Shown: positions 1 to 9,367, numbered from the stretch's first letter. The stretch: DNA of 32,000 bases from Acaryochloris marina S15 (GCF_018336915.1 NZ_CP064926.1:180001-212000), one strand, 5' to 3'. Program-made: numbers and translations. The notes: a model not told the origin generated them from the letters alone.

Positions 1-2892
1 TATCTCCAGCAGCAACAGATTTATGCTAGTGCTCGTGATATCACTGCTCGAAAGGAAATTGAGCAAGTTTTAGCCTTGAGAGCCAGACAACAGACTTCAG
101 TAGCTCACTTGGGAGCATTAGCCTTAGCAAATCGAGATCTCGATGATTTGATGAATGAAATTGTCAGAGTCATCTCTCAGACTTTGGAGGTGGAATATTG
201 CAAAGTACTTCAATTACTCCCCGATGGTGAATCTTTATTGCTGAAGGCCGGGGTTGGATGGCAACCTGGGCTGGTGGGTCAAACGATCATTGGGACTGAG
301 CGAGAGTCCCAAGCCGGATACACATTGCGGAGTACGAGGCCGGTCATTGTTGACAACTTGGAGACTGAAACGCGGTTTAGCGGACCACCCTTGTTACGAG
401 ATCACAAGGTTGTCAGTGGGATGAGTGTCATTATTCAAGGGCAACATCAAACTTACGGGGTCATAGGTGCTCATACGATTTACCATCGTCTCTTTAATGA
501 GAACGATATTGACTTTCTCCAAGCAGTGGCCAATCTGTTGGCACAAACGATGGACCGGCACCAAATCGATCAAGTATTGAGACAAAACGAACTAGAATAT
601 CGAACTTTGGCAGAAAACCTACCGGGAATTATTTATCGAGTCTTTCCTGAAGACCATAACCGAACGGTGTTTCTGAATGATCAGTGCAAAACATTGACGG
701 GTAATGATTCTATCAACCTTTCAGTGGGAGAAGTTTGCTCCATTGACCCGATGATTGTGCCAGAAGATCGGTCTCAAGTGGTTACAACCGTGCAAGAAGC
801 GGTCTCTTGCTTGAAGCCGTTTCAAGTGGAGTATCGAATCAAGGATAAACAGGATCAGATTCGGTACTTTTGGGAGAAAGGACAACCCATTCCAGCCCAA
901 AATGGTCAACCACTTCACATTGATGGCGTCATTTTTGATGTGACGGATCGCAAACAAGCTGAAGCTGCACAACAAGAAAGTCAACAGCGTCTGAATAGTA
1001 TTCTTGAGTCGCTTCAAGATGTCGTTTGGTCTGTGAGTGCAGACTCATATGAATTGTTGTATCTTAGTCCAGCTGCAGAAGAGGTGTATGGACGTTCCAT
1101 TTCAGAATTTTTTGATAATTCACAACTCTGGTTGCACGTTGTTCATCCACAGGATCAGGAAAAGGTCAGGTCTTTTTCTGATCAGCTACTCAAGACGGGC
1201 AATAAAGAATTGGAATACCGTATTGTCCGTCCAGATGGCTCAATCCGATGGTTGTTGGATCGAGGCTGGGTGATTAAAGATGCTGAAGGGATGGTCCTGC
1301 GATTGGATGGCGTGGCGACGGATATTACGGAACGCCAGCAATCACAAGATCAAATATCAGAACTAGCAGCGCTATTGGATGTCGCCACTGATGCCATTCT
1401 GGTCCGGGGACTTGACGGTCGGATTCAATACTGGAACAAAGGTGCAACTGCTCTATATGGCTGGACTCAGAAGGAATCGCTCAGTCAAGATGTAGACCAA
1501 TTACTAGATATAACAAATGAGGAAGCAGCAGAGATTGAACAATATGTGAGGAAGCAGGGAAAGTGGCAAGGCGAACAACAACATGTGACTAAATCAGGGG
1601 ACGTAATCACGGTGATGAGCCGATGGACGTTAGTCCAAGATAGTTTAGGAAATTCCAAAGCCATACTCATTGTCAATACCGATGTCACTCAAGCAAAAAA
1701 ACTTGAAAAACAATTTTTACGAGCTCAGCGACTGGAGAGTATTGGTTCACTTGCCAGTGGGATTGCTCACGACCTCAATAACATTCTGACACCTATCTAT
1801 GGTGTGGCCCAGCTTTTACCCCTGCAACTTCCCAATGCAAGTGAACAAATTCAGCATCAGTTTGAGATTTTACAAGCCTGTGCGCAACGGGGGTCAAAAC
1901 TCATTACCCAAGTGCTTTCATTTTCCAGAGGCGCAGACGGGGAACGCGCGATTCTCTACATCAAACCTTTACTGAGTGAGCTTAGAGATTTCGCCCTTAA
2001 GACGTTTCCTAAATCCATTGAAATATCCATGCAGATCTCTGAAGATCTTTGGTCGATTCATGCAGATGCAACCCAAGTCCATCAAGTCTTTATGAACTTA
2101 CTCGTAAATGCTCGTGATGCGATGCCAGATGGCGGTTTTTTGTCTGTCCACGCAATGAACCTTACTCTAGATGAAACCCTTGCAGCAGACTATCTCAATG
2201 CCCAAACTGGCCCATACATTTTGGTCACCATTACAGATACTGGAATTGGCATTCCTCCTAAACTACAGGAACAGATATTCGAACCCTTCTTCACCACCAA
2301 GGAGCCTGAAGGAGGAACCGGGTTAGGGCTCTCGACGGTCAACAAGATTATTCAAAGCCATCATGGATTTATCACCGTCTACAGTGAAGTCGGTCAAGGC
2401 TCTCAATTCAAAATCTACCTCCCTGCTGTTGAATCAACAGCTAGAGTTGAGAAAGAACATTTAGACTGTCCTAACGGTCAGGGAGAAATCGTTTTAGTCG
2501 TTGATGATGAAGCTCCGATTCGGGAAGTGGCCCAGAGTATGTTGTTAAAACACAACTATCAGGTAATGACTGCGGCTGATGGTATTGATGCCATTGCTCA
2601 GTTTGCTCAACATCATACAGAGATTGATGTTGTATTAATGGATATGCAGATGCCAACACTCAGTGGAGAAACAACCATTCAGGCGCTGCGAAAAATCAAT
2701 CCTCAGCTTAAGGTCATCGTAACCAGTGGCCTCCTGGTTGATGAGACGTTTGCGTTATCCCTTGGACAGTGTGTTAGAGCCTTTCTTCAGAAACCTTTTT
2801 CTTCAGATACCTTGCTCAGAATGTTACAGAATATCCTTCAAAATAAGTCACAGGATACAGATATTAAAGCTCTTGCAAATAATAGTGACTAG
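1..2892 (+). CDS. Hybrid sensor histidine kinase (PAS tail-GAF-PAS x3-HisKA-HATPase-receiver), 5' end outside the window
   Basis: Frame 1 is open from nt 1 (YLQQQQIYASARDITARKEIEQ, a PAS-domain tail), so the TTG at 76 in the ORF track is internal. There are PAS-end signatures (FDVTDRKQAE, ATDITERQQS, NTDVTQAKKLE). The H-box is SGIAHDLNNILTPI. The ATPase boxes are NLLVNARDAM, DTGIGI and GTGLGLS. The C-terminal receiver is VLVVDDE..VVLMDMQMP..VTSG..QKPF. Confidence 0.9.
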   Translation, partial: YLQQQQIYASARDITARKEIEQVLALRARQQTSVAHLGALALANRDLDDLMNEIVRVISQTLEVEYCKVLQLLPDGESLLLKAGVGWQPGLVGQTIIGTERESQAGYTLRSTRPVIVDNLETETRFSGPPLLRDHKVVSGMSVIIQGQHQTYGVIGAHTIYHRLFNENDIDFLQAVANLLAQTMDRHQIDQVLRQNELEYRTLAENLPGIIYRVFPEDHNRTVFLNDQCKTLTGNDSINLSVGEVCSIDPMIVPEDRSQVVTTVQEAVSCLKPFQVEYRIKDKQDQIRYFWEKGQPIPAQNGQPLHIDGVIFDVTDRKQAEAAQQESQQRLNSILESLQDVVWSVSADSYELLYLSPAAEEVYGRSISEFFDNSQLWLHVVHPQDQEKVRSFSDQLLKTGNKELEYRIVRPDGSIRWLLDRGWVIKDAEGMVLRLDGVATDITERQQSQDQISELAALLDVATDAILVRGLDGRIQYWNKGATALYGWTQKESLSQDVDQLLDITNEEAAEIEQYVRKQGKWQGEQQHVTKSGDVITVMSRWTLVQDSLGNSKAILIVNTDVTQAKKLEKQFLRAQRLESIGSLASGIAHDLNNILTPIYGVAQLLPLQLPNASEQIQHQFEILQACAQRGSKLITQVLSFSRGADGERAILYIKPLLSELRDFALKTFPKSIEISMQISEDLWSIHADATQVHQVFMNLLVNARDAMPDGGFLSVHAMNLTLDETLAADYLNAQTGPYILVTITDTGIGIPPKLQEQIFEPFFTTKEPEGGTGLGLSTVNKIIQSHHGFITVYSEVGQGSQFKIYLPAVESTARVEKEHLDCPNGQGEIVLVVDDEAPIREVAQSMLLKHNYQVMTAADGIDAIAQFAQHHTEIDVVLMDMQMPTLSGETTIQALRKINPQLKVIVTSGLLVDETFALSLGQCVRAFLQKPFSSDTLLRMLQNILQNKSQDTDIKALANNSD

Positions 2893-3024
2893 TGCATCGT
2901 TAAGACTTGATTTTAGGGTAAGTATGTCTGGTAAGTATTATTATGCAAGCCTTCTGGAGATCGCCTACCCTAATTTTTTAGCTTGACGCTGCACTAGAAG
3001 AAATTTTCAGAAGAGGAGGTTGAG

Positions 3025-4044
3025 GTGGCACAGGATCCGCTACCAGTCGGTAAATTACCTACACATCTATTGGCCCACTTTCTCTCTCAAACCCCCATTC
3101 ATGATCCTCAAGTCCTATTGGGGCCAGGCATTGGGCTTGATTGTGCTGTCGTCGATGGGGGAGCAAAGTTATGGGTCATTAAATCTGATCCCATTACCTT
3201 TGTCACAGACGAAATTGGTTGGTATGTCGTCCAGATTAATGCCAATGATATCGCCACAACTGGGGCTACTCCCCGCTGGTTGATGGCCACTATTCTTCTC
3301 CCCGAGCAGAGGACCACTGCAACTTTGGCTGAACGAATTCATCAGCAAATTTACACGGCTTGTCAGGAGATCAATGTCTCTTTAATTGGGGGGCATACTG
3401 AAATCACCTATGGCCTAGACCGACCCATCGTTGTCGGAACACTGATTGGTGAAGTGGCGCGAGATAGCCTTATTACTCCTCGTGGTGCTAAGCCTGGTGA
3501 TCGCATTTTGTTGACTAAAAGTGTACCCATTGAAGCTACGGCAATCTTAGCTCGCGAATATTCTGAACAAATCAGTCAGGCGTTAACTCCCGATGAGCTG
3601 ACTCAGGCGAGGGGTTACCTCTATAAGCCTGGTATTAGTGTGCTCCGTGATGCCCAACTTGCCAGCCAAGCTGGGCAAATAACGGCGATGCATGACCCAA
3701 CTGAAGGAGGGTTACTCGCCGCCCTTTGGGAGTTAGCCCAGGCCAGTAACTGCCAATTAATGATCGACCTTGAGAAAGTGCCGATATCGGACCTCTCAGC
3801 CCAGATTTGCCAAGTTTTTGAGGTTGATCCATTGGCTGCGATTGCTTCTGGAGCGCTTTTGCTGACTGCTCCCAAACGTGATGCAACCTCGATTTGCCGG
3901 ACCTTAATCGCGTCTGGTATTCCCTGTTGTGAGATTGGAGAAGTTAAGTCAGGGAAGGCCACCGTATGGTCTAGATCAGCATTGGGACGTAAACCGTTAC
4001 CTTGTCCTAGTCGAGATGCGATCGCAAAGGTGATCAGTCCTTAA
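3025..4044 (+). CDS. AIR-synthase-related (PurM superfamily) protein, HypE/ThiL-like paralog lacking the HypE C-terminal cysteine
   Basis: GTG start lies a few nt after GAGGAGG. PurM-superfamily patterns are present (GLDCAVV, INANDIATTGATPRW, LIGGHTEIT, PGDRILLTK, AMHDPTEGGL). The C-terminus is ...DAIAKVISP, with no PR(I/V)C motif. Confidence 0.75.
   Translation: MAQDPLPVGKLPTHLLAHFLSQTPIHDPQVLLGPGIGLDCAVVDGGAKLWVIKSDPITFVTDEIGWYVVQINANDIATTGATPRWLMATILLPEQRTTATLAERIHQQIYTACQEINVSLIGGHTEITYGLDRPIVVGTLIGEVARDSLITPRGAKPGDRILLTKSVPIEATAILAREYSEQISQALTPDELTQARGYLYKPGISVLRDAQLASQAGQITAMHDPTEGGLLAALWELAQASNCQLMIDLEKVPISDLSAQICQVFEVDPLAAIASGALLLTAPKRDATSICRTLIASGIPCCEIGEVKSGKATVWSRSALGRKPLPCPSRDAIAKVISP
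4018..4025. repeat. HIP1 octamer
   Basis: Exact GCGATCGC. Confidence 0.95.
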
Positions 4045-4056
4045 ACTCCGTTACGT

Positions 4057-4944
4057 CTAGAGGGAAGGGGCCGTTCCTAATAGCCCTGCTAAGCCAAGAA
4101 TCATACCTAATCGTCCCAGCACAATCAGGTATTTATAGGTTAGGGAAGTCTGAATTGTTTGATAACGCCAGAGCGCTAGAGCGAAGCTTAACAGCATGAA
4201 AGTGGCACAATATCCAAACAAGGCTGGATGAGCCATGGTGAGTTGAATCATAGCAATGGGAATCGAAATTAGCAGTAGAAGTATTAAGCCCCAAGCGATT
4301 GAAAATGCCGGAGTCGGTCCCCAACTATTGGCAATAGTATGCACATTCCGTTGCCGATCTCCCTCTGCATCATGAATATCCCAGACAATTTCTTTGGCCA
4401 AAATATAGAAAAACAAAAAGATACTCGGGTAGAGCATTGCCCAAGGGCGTTCCGTTACTAGGCTGGCAAAGAAGATTAAAGTTCCCACAATCATTGCCAC
4501 AATACCGTTGCCCAAAGTACCGCTGAGATTCAAGATAGCGGCATAATTCCAAAGCAGCAAAGCACTGATAGCCACTACAATCCAGCACGCTAGACCTAAA
4601 GGAACTGCTGCGCCTAAAGCACCGCAAAATAGCGTCACTGCAATCCACCAAGCATGATGAGGTAGCAGAGTTTCGGAGGGAAGGGGGCGATCAGGATGGT
4701 TAATCCGATCTTTTTCAATATCATCGAAATCATTGATAGCGAAAGCTCCAGCCGTCATACATGTCAATACAGTGGCAGTCTGTAGATAGACCCAAACTGA
4801 TGTCGCGGGTTGTAGGGCAAAGACCGTGAGACAGCTTGCCACAGCCGCTAGGACGCTAAGTGTAGGGCGGCAAAGTTGAGCTACTCCCTGAAGCAGGTTA
4901 GGAGAATTAAATTGTTTGGGAGAGGAGGGAAGGGTAACCATCAT
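4057..4944 (-). CDS. UbiA-family aromatic/polyprenyl prenyltransferase (integral membrane)
   Basis: First Asp-rich motif is NDFDDIEKDRINHPDRPLP (NxxxDxxxD) and the second is DIHDAEGDRQRN. The sequence is hydrophobic and multi-helix throughout. Confidence 0.85.
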   Translation of the reverse strand: MMVTLPSSPKQFNSPNLLQGVAQLCRPTLSVLAAVASCLTVFALQPATSVWVYLQTATVLTCMTAGAFAINDFDDIEKDRINHPDRPLPSETLLPHHAWWIAVTLFCGALGAAVPLGLACWIVVAISALLLWNYAAILNLSGTLGNGIVAMIVGTLIFFASLVTERPWAMLYPSIFLFFYILAKEIVWDIHDAEGDRQRNVHTIANSWGPTPAFSIAWGLILLLLISIPIAMIQLTMAHPALFGYCATFMLLSFALALWRYQTIQTSLTYKYLIVLGRLGMILGLAGLLGTAPSL

Positions 4945-5000
4945 TCAGCTCCGTGCAAAGAATAACGTTGTCATAGTGGGCTGCTTGCAAATCTTTCAGC

Positions 5001-5576
5001 TCAGAACTCCGCCGGAGTCTGCCAATCGCATAGTTGAGCCGGAGAACGCATTTTCACGGTTGGATATTGATAGAATCCGTCCATATCCAACTTCACTTCA
5101 TCAAATCGAATCCAATTGACTCTTCCGAACGGTTCTCTGACGCTGCGAATCACATAGCCATTTTGAAGGGTTAAGTGCTGATCTAATCGCCATATATACT
5201 GTGACGTTGTGATCGGAGGCCAAGGGTGACCAGGCCAAGACAAAGCTAACCCCTGCCCTATCACCTGATTCTGTTCTGCTCTACCTTGAACACAAATGTA
5301 TGCTCCAGAATGGGGGAAACCGTAATATCCATTCACGAAGTTGCCCCTCTTAGCAAAGTTAAAGCAAACCCCATTACCATCGCGTCCGTCTTCAGGCTCA
5401 GGCAGACTGCAAACTTGATAGTTCCCATCCGTCAGTAATTTCAATCGCCAGGGTTGAGAAGTGGGCATTGTTGGCGCAGACGGATGCTCAGTGACATCCA
5501 TATTGGGTGAAAATGCCGTGACGATTAAAGGGATGCCCATCATCGCCAATATCTGGATCGGGGTTATTGCAAACAT
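5001..5576 (-). CDS. Hypothetical exported or membrane-anchored protein
   Basis: Long ORF. I prefer the internal ATG at 5576 (MFAITPIQILAMMGIPLIVTAF, a hydrophobic N-terminus) because GGAGGTGAGAGG lies directly upstream. No family recognised. It sits 56 nt upstream of the UbiA gene on the same strand. Confidence 0.55.
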   Translation of the reverse strand: MFAITPIQILAMMGIPLIVTAFSPNMDVTEHPSAPTMPTSQPWRLKLLTDGNYQVCSLPEPEDGRDGNGVCFNFAKRGNFVNGYYGFPHSGAYICVQGRAEQNQVIGQGLALSWPGHPWPPITTSQYIWRLDQHLTLQNGYVIRSVREPFGRVNWIRFDEVKLDMDGFYQYPTVKMRSPAQLCDWQTPAEF

Positions 5577-5710
5577 CCTCTCACCTCCGCATTTATTAAG
5601 ATGAGCAATGCAGCCCAAGCTGCATTTTTAACCTATGCCATAAACTTGAAGAAGCTTTGACGACTGAGTTTGCTGCTTTAGCCGGATTATCGGTAAGTTT
5701 GAATTTACAT

Positions 5711-5746
5711 CCTCACAAGTTCCTCAATATTGATTCCTTTATTAAG
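5711..5746 (+). promoter_or_regulatory. Copy D of the recurrent (T)TTCCTCA(A)TAT element, about 110 nt upstream of hoxW
   Basis: CCTCACAAGTTCCTCAATATTGATTCCTTTATTAAG. The 11-mer TTCCTCAATAT is identical to the copy at 22854..22885 (read on the minus strand) and has the same orientation relative to the downstream gene. Confidence 0.35.
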
Positions 5747-5840
5747 TCAATAGTGTAGTGGTTGAAGACCAGACAGACCTCATAAGCTCTTCAACATTAA
5801 GCCCTACAGTTAAAGTGATGAGTATTAAGGAGGCATCTTC

Positions 5841-6371
5841 ATGGACTCTTCACCAGCCATTCTCCAACCCACAAAAACCCATTCAATCTTAGTTATTGGT
5901 TATGGGAATCAGCTTCTTTGTGATGATGCTCTTGGCCCTCGGATTGCAGATGAGGTAGCGATTTGGCGTCTTCCTCAGGTGAGATCGTTAACCGTCCATC
6001 AACTCACACCTGAACTGGCTGCAGAACTTGCGAACACAGAAACAGTAATCTTTATTGATGCATGCCGTTTGAACCCAGATCAGGCAGTCAGAGTCACTCA
6101 GATTACCCCTAGGGGTATGGAAACAACGGGCAGCACTGTCCCTTCCATGGGGCATACCTGTGATCCTCGTTCATTACTCGCGTTAACCCACTCAGTCTAT
6201 GGGCATCATCCCCAAGCCTGGTGGGTAGAGGTGACAGCCGTCGATTTTGCCGTGGGTGAGCATTTGTCCACGACTGCAGAGCAAGGCATTACTGAAGCAC
6301 TGGACGCCATTCAAAATCTCATCCAGTCGCAGCTGGATTCTGCTGCAAGGTCCATCAAACGTCATGCATGA
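5841..6371 (+). CDS. hoxW: Hydrogenase maturation endopeptidase (HycI/HybD/HoxW family)
   Basis: ILVIGYGNQLLCDDALGPRIADEV and FIDA motifs are typical of [NiFe]-hydrogenase C-terminal proteases. AAGGAGG lies 7 nt upstream of the ATG. The gene is adjacent to hypA/hypB and the hox genes. Confidence 0.9.
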   Translation: MDSSPAILQPTKTHSILVIGYGNQLLCDDALGPRIADEVAIWRLPQVRSLTVHQLTPELAAELANTETVIFIDACRLNPDQAVRVTQITPRGMETTGSTVPSMGHTCDPRSLLALTHSVYGHHPQAWWVEVTAVDFAVGEHLSTTAEQGITEALDAIQNLIQSQLDSAARSIKRHA

Positions 6372-6705
6372 AGTGAGTTTAATGCAAACCACCCTAGACA
6401 TTGCTTGCGACCATGCAGCCCAACAAGGTGCTCAGCATATCCACTGGATTAAGCTGCGGGTAGGTGAACTATCAGGGGTAATTCCCGAAGCCCTCACTCT
6501 CGCCTTTGAAATCGTCACCACTGGCACCATGGCTGCGAATGCTCGGCTTGAAGTAGAAACGGTACCCGTCATTTGCCACTGTTCAGCTTGTTATCAAGAT
6601 TTTCAGCCCACTGGCTGGGTTTATGTTTGTCCCACCTGTCATCAGTTCACCACTGATTTACGCCAAGGCAGAGAACTAGAGTTAACAGCAATGGAGGTGT
6701 CGTAG
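6364..6705 (+). CDS. hypA: Hydrogenase nickel-insertion protein HypA
   Basis: Canonical MHE(V/L)S N-terminus at 6364 (MHEVSLMQTTLDIA). The zinc site is CHCSAC ... CPTC. The start overlaps the hoxW stop (ATGCATGA), suggesting translational coupling. Confidence 0.92.
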   Translation: MHEVSLMQTTLDIACDHAAQQGAQHIHWIKLRVGELSGVIPEALTLAFEIVTTGTMAANARLEVETVPVICHCSACYQDFQPTGWVYVCPTCHQFTTDLRQGRELELTAMEVS

Positions 6706-6706
6706 G

Positions 6707-7528
6707 ATGTGTGAAGATTGCGGTTGTAGTGCTGGATCTGTCCAGATTCATCAAGGCCATGATCCTCAACCGAACAAAACAACAACAAGCTTAGAAGTTC
6801 CAACACCCAGCGTACGCCACCTTGACCTGCACGCTAAGATTCTGGAGCACAATGATCGCATTGCGGATCAGAATAGAGCCCTGTTTCACCAACAGGGCTG
6901 GTTAGTGGTGAATATTCTGTCTTCGCCGGGGTCGGGGAAAACAGCTTTGATTGAGCGACTTGCTCAAGATCAACGGAATAATTGGCAAATCGGGACCATT
7001 GTTGGCGATTTAGCGACGGATAATGATGCCCATCGATTAGGCCATGCTGGGGTATCAGCTGTCCAAATTACAACGGGGACAGCGTGCCACTTAGAAGCCA
7101 GTATGGTGAGCCACGCTTTATCCAAACTCCCATCCAAACCTTGGGATCTCCTTGTGATTGAAAATGTCGGCAACCTCGTTTGTCCCGCTGCGTTCGATTT
7201 AGGAGAACAAATCAGAGTCGTCGTCCTGTCTGTTACCGAGGGCGAAGACAAACCCCAAAAATATCCAGCAATGTTCAAGTCGGCTCAGGTCGTTTTGATC
7301 AATAAGACGGATATTGCAGAGGCTGTGGGATGGCAACGAGACCTTGCGATCGCAAATCTCCAACAAATCGCCCCCCAAGCGACCCTCTTTGAGGTATCGG
7401 CCCGAACAGGAGCGGGTATGCATGCCTGGTATGCCTATTTGGACCAGTGTCGCCAAGGCCTAAATGGACCATTGTCTCGCTCCCAAAACTCACAAGTTTT
7501 ACAGATTGGTAGACTATCCTCAAACTAG
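6707..7528 (+). CDS. hypB: Hydrogenase nickel-incorporation GTPase HypB
   Basis: N-terminal MCEDCGCS (CxxCGC Ni site), P-loop SSPGSGKT, ENVGNLVCP and NKTD GTPase motifs. The ATG lies 1 nt after the hypA stop. Confidence 0.93.
   Translation: MCEDCGCSAGSVQIHQGHDPQPNKTTTSLEVPTPSVRHLDLHAKILEHNDRIADQNRALFHQQGWLVVNILSSPGSGKTALIERLAQDQRNNWQIGTIVGDLATDNDAHRLGHAGVSAVQITTGTACHLEASMVSHALSKLPSKPWDLLVIENVGNLVCPAAFDLGEQIRVVVLSVTEGEDKPQKYPAMFKSAQVVLINKTDIAEAVGWQRDLAIANLQQIAPQATLFEVSARTGAGMHAWYAYLDQCRQGLNGPLSRSQNSQVLQIGRLSSN
7346..7353. repeat. HIP1 octamer
   Basis: Exact GCGATCGC. Confidence 0.95.
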
Positions 7529-7579
7529 CCCCAGAGGGAACTGATTCATCCATTTTGCAATTGCTGAAGGAGTGATCAG

Positions 7580-8071
7580 ATGAGCCAATATCTGGTGATG
7601 ATTGTAAATAAAACAACCGCTCGTTTTCTCACCTTAAGAGATCCCCCACCCCTTGAATACTCTGGTCCTCGTCTAGTGGAACAACAGGCACTGCTCAATC
7701 CCATCCAGAGTCAGGTGGGGCGCGAATTATGGACGAGTAGCAAAAGCGGAGGCAATCGGGGGGCAACCCGCCAAAGTCATGGGTATGACGACCACCGTCA
7801 AAGGCACCTCAAGGAATTTGATCGACGGTTTGCCCATGCGATCAATGCTGGGATGAGCCACTTCATTCATACCTACCCCATCCAACACATCCTGCTAGTG
7901 GCTGAACCACAAATTCTGGGGCATTTACGGCCCACGCTAATGGCAACGTTACCGAAAGCCATTGTCCCCACAGAAGTCGCGAAGGATCTGTGTAACTTAT
8001 CTGTTTCAGAGATCTACCAATACCTACTCGATCAACAGTTGTTACCCAGGCTAGCTAAACAGGTCAGATAA
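7580..8071 (+). CDS. Hypothetical protein resembling the 'host attachment protein' (Host_attach) family
   Basis: GAAGGAG RBS upstream. The pattern YLVMIVNKTTARFLTL ... HGYDDHRQRHLKEFDRRFA ... ILLVAEPQILGHLR ... KDLCNLSVSEIYQYL matches my recollection of that family's layout. This is not verified by search. Confidence 0.55.
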   Translation: MSQYLVMIVNKTTARFLTLRDPPPLEYSGPRLVEQQALLNPIQSQVGRELWTSSKSGGNRGATRQSHGYDDHRQRHLKEFDRRFAHAINAGMSHFIHTYPIQHILLVAEPQILGHLRPTLMATLPKAIVPTEVAKDLCNLSVSEIYQYLLDQQLLPRLAKQVR

Positions 8072-8085
8072 GACTTTTTAGAACG

Positions 8086-8769
8086 GTGAGGATACTTTAT
8101 ATGATCTATTTACCCGTTTCTCTACTGCTATTTCTCTTATTTTTACTGTTCCTACCCTTTGTCTGGCTGGTATTGACGATTGATGTCGTTCAACTTGCTG
8201 CTGCAAAGTTAGGATTTACGCCTCAAGTGGCCCTCGCACTATTGGTCTTAGTTATTTTGGGCAGCACCCTCAATATCCCTCTTTATCGTATGGACTCACC
8301 TATGCATGGGATGGACGACTTTTTGATGTACTACCAACGTCAATTCTGGGGTATTCCTTTGCTCGAAATGAAACAGACAAAGGTCATAGCCCTGAATGTA
8401 GGAGGTTGCTTAATCCCCATTATTCTGGCCGTTTACCAATTTAGACAGGCCAATCCAGCAGCCATCTTGCTGATTACATCTGTCGTGACGGTTGTTTGTT
8501 TCTATGCCGCCCATATCGTCCCTGGAATTGGGATTACGATGAACCCATTACTCGCCCCTTTGACTGCGGCATTAACAGCAATGCTATTTGGAATGAGCCA
8601 TGCTCCAGCGACTGCTTTTGCTGGGGGCATTTTAGGAACGTTAATCGGTGCAGATTTATTACATCTAAGGGATATTACAGCTATGAGTGGCGGTGTCCTC
8701 AGTATTGGCGGGGCCGGGGTTTTTGACGGAATTGCCCTATGTGGTTTGTTTGCCCTTTTGTTGACTTAA
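8086..8769 (+). CDS. Multi-pass integral membrane protein (possibly DUF1614-like)
   Basis: Strongly hydrophobic 227-aa ORF starting 14 nt after the previous stop (GTG 8086, or ATG 8101). The LNVGGCLIPIILA and GGAGVFDGI stretches are reminiscent of DUF1614 proteins, but that assignment is uncertain. Confidence 0.6.
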   Translation: MRILYMIYLPVSLLLFLLFLLFLPFVWLVLTIDVVQLAAAKLGFTPQVALALLVLVILGSTLNIPLYRMDSPMHGMDDFLMYYQRQFWGIPLLEMKQTKVIALNVGGCLIPIILAVYQFRQANPAAILLITSVVTVVCFYAAHIVPGIGITMNPLLAPLTAALTAMLFGMSHAPATAFAGGILGTLIGADLLHLRDITAMSGGVLSIGGAGVFDGIALCGLFALLLT

Positions 8770-8800
8770 AGGCATTACGTTTGTTGTGAGGCTAAGCACT

Positions 8801-9283
8801 ATGGAAGTGACTACCGTTGCCCTAGACATCCCTGAAAATACAAATTTAATCTTGGGTCAAAGCCATTTTATTAAAACAGTGGAGGATTTATACGAGATTA
8901 TGGTTGGAACTTGCCCACAGGCAAAATTTGGTCTGGCCTTCTGCGAAGCATCAGGGCCCTGTCTGATCCGGTTTGCTGGCAACGACCCCTCCCTCCAAGA
9001 CATCGCCGTCAGTAATGCCAAGAAGATCGCTGCGGGTCATAGTTTTATTCTATTGATGCAAGATGCTTACCCCATTAGCGTTTTGAATGCCATTCAGCAG
9101 TCCCCAGAGGTCTGCACCATTTACTGTGCCACGGCTAATCCTGTAGAAGTCATCCTTGCCCAGACGGACCAAGGTGCTGGGGTGTTAGGCGTGATTGATG
9201 GCTTCTCTCCTAAAGGGGTGGAAGGAGAAGAAGACATCTTGGAACGTCAAGATTTTCTTCGCCAAATTGGCTATAAATTTTAG
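8801..9283 (+). CDS. Adenosine-specific-kinase-family protein (Pfam 'Adenosine_kin'-like)
   Basis: MEVTTVALDIPENTNLILGQSHFIKTVEDLYE ... KFGLAFCEASGPCLIR ... AGHSFILLMQDAYPISVLNAI ... ATANPVEVI matches the conserved pattern I recall for this small family. The ATG at 8801 is preferred over the GTG at 8786. Confidence 0.65.
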   Translation: MEVTTVALDIPENTNLILGQSHFIKTVEDLYEIMVGTCPQAKFGLAFCEASGPCLIRFAGNDPSLQDIAVSNAKKIAAGHSFILLMQDAYPISVLNAIQQSPEVCTIYCATANPVEVILAQTDQGAGVLGVIDGFSPKGVEGEEDILERQDFLRQIGYKF

Positions 9284-9367
9284 GCTCTAAAGATGGGGTC
9301 TTTAACGGATTAGCCTTCTCCATCAAAGCAGCCTTGTTATGAATGATCATGTGAATGGATACTGACG

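Noticed and set aside
394-1273. Short ORFs inside the histidine kinase gene (394..585 -, 721..1017 -, 1037..1273 +). Analogous nested ORFs occur throughout, e.g. 3621..3962 -, 9539..10272, 12906..13457, 14387..14906, 19918..20759, 21094..21553, 29109..29363 and 30076..30267.
   Set aside because: Each lies wholly within a longer ORF with strong domain evidence, on the opposite strand or in another frame. They have low-complexity or biased composition and no recognisable motif.
3025-4044. Calling this gene hypE.
   Set aside because: It has the PurM/HypE-like fold motifs but lacks the C-terminal cysteine (PRIC-type tail) that is essential for HypE. It is also separated from the hyp cluster by two unrelated minus-strand genes.
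5693-5708. GTA-N10-TAC upstream of hoxW as a possible NtcA site.
   Set aside because: NtcA boxes are GTA-N8-TAC, so the spacing is wrong. No properly spaced -10 follows.
6247-6363. The 5' extension of the hypA ORF in the track (start at 6247, 152 aa).
   Set aside because: The extension lies entirely inside hoxW in another frame and has no HypA similarity. The canonical Ni-binding MHE N-terminus starts at 6364 and overlaps the hoxW stop.
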